A DNA stretch of 16,164 nt from Paraspadella gotoi (Eukaryota > Animalia > Chaetognatha), in NCBI GenBank assembly GCA_051294375.1, contig JBJCIZ010001376.1, positions 1-16,164 on the forward strand, given 5' to 3'. The stretch's first letter is position 1; each line of letters begins with the position of its first letter. The notes under the pieces are model-generated. The model worked only from the letters and a program-made list of their open reading frames with translations. It had not been told where the DNA came from and did no database searches. Below, piece after piece: positions 1 to 9,600 of this stretch. A program made the position numbers and the translations under genes.

Positions 1-620
1 GTAATACCGACGCCAGGTCATTCTGAGCTCGACGCAGACACCCATTCGCCGTCTCGCAATGATATCGAGTGCCATTTCTGTCACAAGGTCAGAACTGATG
101 TGAGAAGTGGATTAAATTTCAAGGTATATTTTATCACTGTGCTGCTCTAAAAAAGTTCAAAACGATTCGAAAATTTCTTTACTAGCGTCGCTTACACTTA
201 TTTGCATTTTAAAGGACTTCAACAAGTAAAGCAAAAAATGTTAGAAAGATGTTTAAAAGTAATTAGGTAATCGACAACTATTTGTCCCTCTCTCTTTGTC
301 TCTCTTTGCACAACTACAAAAACTCGACACGTAAGGCGCAATGTTATAATCCCGCGGGTTCATTGTGGCCGCTTCGAGAAGACACTCTTCGAAGATCTTG
401 AAGCGGTCCGTCATAGACGTAGGATAGAGTCCAATCAAGAATCTTAAAATGAAAGAATGAGGGACCGTCAGAGCTTATCCGACGGTAGCTCATTCTGCCC
501 TTGGACGAATGAAGGAGGAAGTCCGACGACCCAACCCAAGGGAACAGAAAACTTTCCAGAACCTCGGAGCAATTTTTCACTTGAGAAAGAGGCATATTCA
601 AACGAAGAATTCTCACACAA
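1..620 (+). pseudogene. Possible degenerate exons of an unidentified gene
   Basis: 1-123 is open (…IECHFCHKVR…) and ends at AAG|GTATAT. 337-623 reads ~95 codons with one internal stop after a pyrimidine tract. No recognisable family. Confidence 0.2.
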
Positions 621-2732
621 ATAAATAATTATTAAATATTACATTGTAATTTAACAACAATATAAAACTTAATTTTAAATTTAAATTACACATATATCAT
701 AAATTAAATTAAATTTAAATTTTATAAACTAAATAAAAAATAAATAAAATAAATAAATTTTAAAAATAAAAAATAAATAAAACATAGTTTAAGCCAAAAG
801 AATTCGTATTTAGGAAGTTTAATCCGCGACAATGAATACCCGCGAATACGTTCTCATAAAGAAGCAATCCTTATCACCTATAACTAAGTAAATAACAAAA
901 TTAAATATTTCTTAGTCAACCGTGAATTCGATATCTTTTCGCTAGCTCACATGTGCTTTTCCGAGCTGTGAGAATTCGAGGCTACGAATTGACCTCCGGC
1001 TAAGCCGACGATGGTTAAGGTTTGATATCAAGCCAAGACTACGCATCAACCCAGATCGCTTGGCAACTGCAGCTCCTCCAACCATGGAAATGATTACGAT
1101 CTTAAAGCAATGATCGACAGGCAATATTTCTTGCATAAATTAACCATATTAAGGAAATTTAGATTTAGCATTTAACAAATTATTTCTTTCAACAGATGCA
1201 ATCCACTCAAAACACAATACAAACACAAAAATTATCATAGATCTTAATTGAAGCCGAAAAAACGCCTTTTTTACGTTTAGCTGACTTGACAATTCTCTTA
1301 ATCGAAGTCCACGCTAACAGACAGAGCATTTTATAAATTTTTATTAATGTTTTGAAGTTTTTAGATAACAGTTTCCTAAAATTACCAGCCCAAAAACATA
1401 CTTATCTCCGGCAAATCGGTACAAGAAGATTCCCCAGAATAGTACTCCCCAGTTCCGGGATTAATTCCGGTTCAACGTCGCTGCGACAGCTTAAGGAATT
1501 ATGACGGAGCGATACCAGTAAAGAACCGACGAAAACTGTACCAAAATGAAGGTACAAAAATCGAGGGGTTGAACATGAGATCATTTTTATCAGCATTCCC
1601 GAAGTCGCTGAGAGGTTCGAAAGGGTTTAAAGAGAATAAAAATATCTTAGTTTTAGAATTAGTTTTAGTCGAGAAAAAAATCGGGGAGAAAGAAAAAAGA
1701 AGAATTTTGAAGATTTACTCTGACAGTACTTTATATGCGTTGTTTGACTATATTTAATTACATATATAATTAAAAATGGAATCAAATTATAAAGCAAACG
1801 AGAATATACCCAGTTATACAAAACGGAAAATATTTTTTTAAACAAATTATTCAAATAAGCAAAATAATCTTTTGTACTTAATTCATCTCTCATTTCTTAC
1901 CTATGATTTAAATGAAACCATATTCTTACTCGATTTCTATTTTTGCCATAATTTTGTTTTCAAATGGTATTAAAAAAATGTTTTCCCCCCCTTTTCCAAC
2001 CGCGTTTTTTCTCCTTTTGTTATACTTTTAACGGGATAATTAAGCTTCCAGAGCGAAAAGTTTTTTAAAGAATTAAACCTAGTGGTTTTGGTATTCTGTA
2101 CTTTTTTAAGTGATCTTCTACATTCAATTTAAATAGTACAAGAAGCAGTTTCGTTAAAGTCTTTTTTTCCAGGTTCTAAAGGGAAGGAAACATGAGTGAA
2201 TTGGAAACTAAAACTAGTGTCGACTTCACCGTAAATCAATTGTCCGCGTTTGAATGTCTTAATATTATTATAATATTTATTTATCAATTAATTTGTTAGG
2301 ACCGCCGGTCCGTCCTACTCCTCAAACGCCCCCGAGAATATTCCGAAGAAATATTGAGGAAACTCCTCCACCCCGGCGAGACTGTTCGTTAGTCCAGAGA
2401 TTTCTTTCATAAGGCATTATTTGGTTGGCTTGGCAGACGAGTTAAATGGTCTTCCTTTTTATTCATTGAAAGGTTTAAAAGGGTCCTTAATAAAAATATC
2501 AAAGATATAGATATTCAACAGTACAATAAGAATAAATTATTAAATTATTATTTAACACACCAAAAGATTAAAAATCAGTTTAAACTTCAAAAACCATGAA
2601 TAAACTAAGCAGAATGACCGAATGATCCAATTGATACAATCCTTTTGACGAAGTAAATGTTCGAATTCAGATATCACGATTTCGCGAGTCTTTTGGGACT
2701 CTAATAGATTGAGATATTTATTATATTCCAGG

Positions 2733-3036
2733 TATGGTGGACTCAAAATTCCACAACCGTTCATCAGCGGCCATTGGTTGCCGAGGCGTCATTCGCCTCC
2801 AACCAAGGTCGGCGGTCTAGCCGTTGGTTAACTATCAGTTAAGAGGAGTAAACACGAATGAAATGAGCTACTTCCATCGACATTTTCGCAAAAGTCTTTG
2901 ATGTATCACAAAGCGCCTGTTAAGAAAGTTTAACCCGCCTGTAAACACAGGGTTGTTACAGCCTTTGATCCGAAGTTCAGGACTGCTATATATTGAACGT
3001 TCTGTCACTAAACATAATAATAATCACTGCTCTTCA
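2733..3036 (+). repeat. 5' LTR (degenerate, ~60-bp extra segment near 2860-2925)
   Basis: Aligns by eye to 3228-3477. Confidence 0.7.
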
Positions 3037-3227
3037 TTGTATGAGCCCGACTTCAAAAACCTCGCAACAAAAACACTTTTCAGGAAAATGCCCTCAACCT
3101 TTGCCGATCGCATTTTTCACGCCAACAACAACATGCCTCACTTTGTTGACAAACTTTCATCCCACAACAACAACCAATTCAATGAAAGAATCACTCGTAA
3201 CTGATATCTACCCTAGGGAGGAGGAGA

Positions 3228-3477
3228 TGTTGTGGTTGGACTAAAATCCAACAACGTCATAATATAGCGGCCATTGGATGCTGGAGGGCAAGTCGATTCG
3301 CCTCCCACCAAAGAATACCGAGGTTCTTAGCCGCGCGTGATCGACCTGGCAAGTTAAGATGGGAACGCTCAACTTAACCCGCCTGTAAACACGAGCTTTA
3401 CAGCCATGATCCGAAGCGAGACTGCTTATATTCAACGGTTCCTGTCACCTAAACATAATAATAATCATGTCTATTCA
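3228..3477 (+). repeat. 3' LTR (TG...CA)
   Basis: Starts TGTTGT right after the PPT and ends TATTCA right before the TSD. Confidence 0.72.
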
Positions 3478-5685
3478 CAGGTCAAATTTTTCTTGGTACA
3501 TTTTGCCTGACTTTACGGGTCGACAATGTCGAAAAGACTTGATCGTTGTCAGTAGTCGTCACTGTATTTCGCCTTAAAACTATTTGAGACTATGGGCAAA
3601 TCGGACGAATATATAGTGAAAAATTGTTAATATATATTAAATCGCATATTTATGATTATTGTAATGATATGAGAAAAAAAACTTGCACCATAATTTTCTG
3701 TATTTACTATAATAATTAAAGACAATCCATAAAACAAAAAAGAGATTTCGCTGTTTATCTAGAATTTATTTACCAATAAAGACACTTATCATCATGAAGT
3801 AGCTTTATAAACGAAGGGGAGTCAATGGTTGACGAATTTTTCACGAATTTTACATTTTACATTTGTTGGTTTTTTGTGTCTGTAGTACCACAATTCAATT
3901 ATTATACTACGAAGAATCTTTTCGAAGTTTTTCTCGCATATAAAATTTAAGATTCTTCCTTTGTTAATAATTACTCTAATTATCGACATTGAAGAGATCT
4001 CGAAATTCAGTTTCCTCCGCATATTTACCGTCGGCGAGGGACAGTTGACGTCAACCACCCGCAGGAATCCAGTTCTTTTCCGATCTGTCCCTTCTGTCGG
4101 CGATTAATGTCACTGCGTCAGAGGCGAGCGTCAGCGCTCTTGAATAGCGAAATCGACCTAATTCATAAATTACCGTTTTTGTTAAGACGGTAGTTTTTTT
4201 TACGCGCTAAAAAATGAATAAACTTTAAAGTAAAAGAAGCAAAAAACAATTATATTATTTAGTTTTGACAACTAAATTTTAATGACAGTTTTTTAGACAA
4301 GACAATGTTATCGACTTCTGCATTTATAAGTGATCAATATCATCGCAATTAAAAGTATTCGTTGTACAACAAATAAAAAATTGTTTTATCTACATAATGC
4401 AACCAAAACAACAGAAAATCGAAAGAGTCTAACGAACCGTTGCAAAAGTTGAACTGGCGAAACCAATTACAATGCCAAAAATTTTTCGCATATTTCTATT
4501 ATAATGTGAAGCTCAAACTTGAAGCAATGAATAATTATTAATACGACACGCGTTTGGGTTCAACCAAACCTCCTTTTTATTTACATAACCCGTCACTTAT
4601 TACAAAAAACGAAAAAATTGAGTTTAAAAAAGCAATACCAAATGGCAACTCGAGTTTGGTGAAAAATCTCTCTGATCAAATTTCTATACTCTTGATTTGT
4701 CAGTTAAACATTATGCCAAAAAATAAATATAAATATTTATAATTATATAACCAAATGATAGCTGAGACCCAAGATCTTACTTTTCTGATCTTATTGAAAT
4801 TTCGATTAAGACAATATGATAAGGTTTTAGATCAATTCCAGTTTGAAAACTAAAATGACTTTTTTTTTTTTACACTTTCAAGATTTGACTTTCTTTTTTT
4901 ACTGTTGTTCCTTATGTAATGCGGTAAACATTAATGGAGACATTTTGATGTCTAGGTCATGTTATTGCAATCGTGTGTATATTGAAAATTGTTCGGACTA
5001 CAACTTCTATACTTAGACACAGTTTTATTTATTAAAAACAATAGGAAAAAATACATTTCGAAAAAAAGATTTTGCAGTTTTGAGAATTCTTAGATCTGGA
5101 TAATAGGGTACAAATTTTGCATTTTCAAAAAATCAGCTTTTGATATTGATTTTCTACAATCTGTTTTTTTCTTTTTGATACTTGTAATTTAGAGCGAAAA
5201 TAAATTCTCAATAGCATATGGTCATTATCGATTTTTCTCTCGATTTTGTAATTGTTGTAAATACTTTAGGATAGAATTTAAGTATATCATATCTGTATAA
5301 GCAGACAAAATTAGGGAGAGTAAAGTAGGAAAAAAGTCCAGGAGATAGAAAAGTTTGAGGAAAAATTATAAAAGGGAAAGGGAGAAGAGGAGAGGAGCAC
5401 TAGGAGTGAAAGTGAAGGTTTGAATCAAAATCTTAGCAGTTATATCTTGAAAACCATCATATTAATGAATATTAATGAATATTAATTTAAAATTTGCATT
5501 TTGAAATTTTGAAATTTTTTTCATTTTAACATCAATCTAAGAGATAGTGTGTGTGTGTGAGAGTGAGAGTGTAAGAACGATATAGAGACGGTAAATTAAT
5601 GTATGCATGTATTTATGAAATTATGTATGTTTTATGCGTGGAAGGAGGATCTTTAATCAATAATGAGCAAAATAGATATGAAGGA

Positions 5686-5708
5686 AGAGAGAGAGAGAGA
5701 GAGAGAGA
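5686..5708. repeat. (GA)n microsatellite upstream of the start codon; (GT)n/(GA) tract also at ~5547-5572
   Basis: Direct reading. Confidence 0.9.
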
Positions 5709-5802
5709 TAAAGAATAAGTTCGGGATTTATTAAAAACTTAACGGAAATTTTAATATAAAAACGATTTATCATCGTTGCATAGAAACAAATTTGACTTTA
5801 TC

Positions 5803-6635
5803 ATGCCATTTAAAAGGAAAACTCAGAAACAAAAATATGTGAAACATGGTTCATATATTAAAAATGCAGATGAAAAACAAAGATCCTTAAAAAAAAGATG
5901 CAACAATGTCTACAGAGGAGGAGACAAAACGGAAGAAGATGCATCGTCCTCGTCAGAATCCTCTGCTCCTCTCCAAGCTGGAGAAGAACGTCGAGGCAGA
6001 CCATCACTTGTAGGTATCCCTCTAACTTCAGCAGAGCAAAATGAGCGAAAGCGTAAAATCTATCAAAGCAAAAAGGAGGCGAAAAGGAAAAGTGATCTAC
6101 GGCGTGAGGCTGCTTTCAAACGTTGGCGTCCAGAACTGTTCTCTGATGAGATTTCTGTAGCCGTGGAGGAAAAAGGGGGAGGCGATGCTGCAGCAGGCAA
6201 GCAGGGAAGTTCTGCGGAAATGGACGAGAGAACGGAGCCATGTCTAGATTTTGAAGATGGTGCTGATTCTGTTGAAAAAGACGTCATTTCTGTTGAAACT
6301 GGTGCTGATGGAGATTCTATGGCAATACCTTTTGGGAAGAGTCAAAGCAGTCAATCACGAGCACGGAGTTATTTCAACTCATTTTTTGTTCACCGAGATG
6401 ATTTACAGCAAGTAGATCTTCTTCGCCAATTTAGTCTTGATTTTCTCAAAAGCGGATTAAAGTTGTATGGTATTGAGGCCGTTAGAAAGAATTCCTGCTC
6501 ATCTTTATCTCATCGGCAACTTCGTTACGCTACTAGTGCGGTAATGAAAAAAATGAAAGTCAATCCCAATCTGAAAAGTTGTATTCCAACATTATTGGTT
6601 GAACGCTTCGATCTGTTGGAAAAAAAACTCGGAAG
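5803..6635 (+). CDS. Exon 1: basic/acidic N-terminus with AT-hook-like RRGRP and a basic, NLS-like helix (LTSAEQNERKRK)
   Basis: First ATG of the 287-aa ORF is at 5803; donor AAG|GTAAAT at 6636, phase 2. Confidence 0.8.
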
Positions 6636-9600
6636 GTAAATTTAAAGGGAATCAAATTCATTCATTCAATACACTCGTCTCTTTTGATTTAAAAAAAAAT
6701 TGGCCCATAAAATGAGAGATTCATTACATTTCTCTCTATTTTTATACTTCTAGGACTTTTCTTCAGTCTGCCGGACTAAGAAGAACACATGTGCAGTCGG
6801 CAAAGCGAGTCGATGAAGTTTTTGAGGAAGTTCTCTCGACGCTCCTAAGAGCCCAAGAAGAATCGTCTCGCAGTTTTGTTGTCAAGGTTGCACTTGGCTT
6901 GTGTAAAGGACTTGAACTAAAAGGATCAAGAGGAGATATTTCAATTATTGCTCAAAAAGTTGGGATTTCAAGGGGTTTTGCAAAAAAGATTATTTTTGCT
7001 TATGTCGAGGGGACTGAAAACGTCTTATACGAGAGGAAAAGATGCACCGCTTTTGAGAACACAACATGGGCCGAGAAGTTTAAAGAATTTGTTTTTAAGC
7101 CTGAGAATGCTCGCGCCGTTCCAGGTGGTAATAATTTTTTAAATTGGATATCATTACTTAGGGTTGTTGTCATTGTGATTATATAAAAGTCATTTTTGTA
7201 TTTGTCTTCTTTTTTTCTTTCTTCCTCTCTTTCTTCATTTTTTCTTTTTAATTCTCTTTCTTTCTTTCTTTCTTTCTTTTTCTTTCTCTTTCTTTTTCTT
7301 TCTTTTTTCTTACTTTTTCTTTCTCTTACTTTTTCTTTTTTTCTTTTTCCTTCTTTCTTTCTTTTTTTTACTTTTTCTTTTTCTTTTTTTCTTTCTTTTT
7401 TTTTCTTTCATTTTCTTTCTTTCTTTTTTTATTTTTTTCTATATTTTTTTTCTTTATTTTTTTTTCTTTTTTTTTTTCTCTTTCTTTTTCTCTCTGTTAT
7501 TCAATTTATTTTGACCTGAATATCCAGAGAAAAATATTTTATTAGCCGGATCTGCTTACAGAGGATTACGGCTCTATAATCCAATTTGTCGGTCAAGTCA
7601 CTTAAATCATGTCAGAACATCTAATTATGATAAACTATGAAAATGTCCGTCCGTCCAACCATCCGTCTGTACGTCCCTCCTTAGCTTTGAACGCCAAGTG
7701 GAATAGAGTTTAAATGAAAAAAACCCAGGTCACATTCTTTTTCAATTTTTAATTTTCAATCTCTTTCTCTCTCTTGGTTAAAATGATTGATTGAATGATA
7801 AGTTTGATTGATTGAATGATTGATTAATAGATTTGTTTCTTGATTTAATAAGGAATCTGTTATGATTTCCTATGTTTCTCTCTCTCTCTCTCTCTCATCC
7901 GATTACAATCTCAATCCATTTTCGATCCCAATTAATTTTATGGTAAAAACTACAGAAATCCGAGAAAGAAACTTATATAATAACAACAACAACAACAACA
8001 ACGGAATGATAATTAGGTAGCGTTCGGACCCTTTCGCTCTCGCTCTCTCTCTGTTTCTCTCGCCCTCAATACAGCTTTTCCCTTCACCGATCGCTTCGAC
8101 CTTTAAAATTATATCATCGCATCAATGAATATCATCACTTCTAATAATTAATTAATTAATTAGATCAGGCATTGTTTGCTCATACTTATTGATACTGTTT
8201 TGACTTTTCAAGGCTATGAAACAATTTCGGTTTCGCGCGGGAATCGATTGCCAAAATTTCTGACTCTCGACTCAAAAAAGAACATCGTAAAAAAATTTAT
8301 AGAAGAAACCAAATGTCCGTTTTCATTGCGGCTTCTATTGAGAGAATATCCTCGCAACATTGTTACTCCAACTCGTCGTGATATTGACCGGAATGCATGT
8401 CCAATTCACGCTAATTTTCGGTATAAACCAGTTAAATATTATTTTTTAAAAATCCGATTGATTACGTAACCAAACAAGTAACAATCTTATTACAGTAGAA
8501 AGTGGGCGGCGGGTCAACGTTGCGGTCTCATTGTTGACGATCAAGTTTCGTGCCGAATGATTGTCGCAAAATACATGTGCGACACTATTGATCCCTTTAC
8601 CCCTGCCACATGGAATGAGTCCTGTTCGACAGGAAACTGCAAACAATGTCCGGAAGTAATCTTTCCTATCCCTTTCGAATCTGAGGGTACATCAGTTTCC
8701 ATATCACTATGGACACAGAAAGAAATCAATGGGAGAAAAAAGTATGGACTTTGGCACGTTGTAAAAAAGATAGAAGAACTGGCTGCAGAACTAAAAAAGG
8801 ATATCGCAGATATGAAGCGCCACATATACACTGCAGCGGTCAGTTGGCAAAAACTTAATAACGATATAAGTCAACTTCGTCCTGGCTTAGACTTATTATG
8901 TTTCGAAGACTATCAACGTAATTTTGAAATAATCCACCGAGAGATGCCGACGTCGATGGGATATTCAGCAAATGCAATGACTCTCGCAATGTTTCCTGTT
9001 GGTTTAAAGTTTCGACGCTCATCTGAAAGTTCGAACGATTTAACACCTATAGAAAGTGGAGCAATTGTTTTTTTAACAACAGATCTTCACCACGATTGTT
9101 CCCAAGTCGAAGAGTTTGAGCGAAGGTAAAAAATATCATTAAATAAATCAATAAATAAATTAAGAATTGTGTCATGCACGTGTTTTGAGGAATCTCCCAA
9201 CAGCTGGCGCTCAGGGCTTTGGACCTGCAGTCCCCAGGTCACTGGCGTGTTTATACTAGCACCATCACACTTAACCAGCGTGACTGTGATGTGATTGAAC
9301 TTGGAACACAGTTGTTAAGCTAGTACTTAGCTTTCAAAAGCTAAAGAGACTAGCTCATTTGAATCAAACTTTACGTGTGGAGAATTTAACATATGCCACA
9401 ATGTTTTAGCGCCGCACTGCAGGACAAATTACCGCCTGTTATTTGCTAGTTTTCAGAAGTTCGGATCTGACTGTGTAGTCCGCCACTACAGGTTGGGGCG
9501 CGAACCTCAGACCGCTTGGTGAGAAGAGAGAATTCTCGGCGGTCTCAGGCAGGTGGCGATAGTTCCTTTGTTGCCACAATATAATGTTACTCAATATTTT

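Larger units (their letters stand above)
2733..3477 (+). mobile_element. TRIM-like miniature LTR retroelement (LTR, ~190-bp internal region, PPT, LTR) with CAGG(T) target-site duplication
   Basis: Two diverged direct repeats (~2733-3036 and 3228-3477) share blocks such as AGCGGCCATTGG, TTAACCCGCCTGTAAACAC and CTAAACATAATAATAATCA. PPT AGGGAGGAGGAGA (3215-3227) directly precedes TG at 3228. Both repeats end in TTCA. CAGGT occurs at 2729-2733 and 3478-3482. Confidence 0.72.

Noticed and set aside
2953-3435. ORFs 2953-3204, 2993-3244 and 3241-3435
   Set aside because: They run across LTR and interior boundaries and show no gag/pol motifs.
3500-5800. Left TIR of the Sola2-like element
   Set aside because: No convincing reverse-complement partner found downstream by eye; only short chance matches such as CTGAGACC/GGTCTCAG.
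7196-7519. 107-aa Phe/Ser/Leu-rich ORF
   Set aside because: Translation of the intronic polypyrimidine tract.
9340-9482. Group I intron R/S-like words (AGAGACTA; TAGTCC)
   Set aside because: GACTA is tied up in a strong local hairpin, and no P3/P4/P6 or J8/7 consensus was found.
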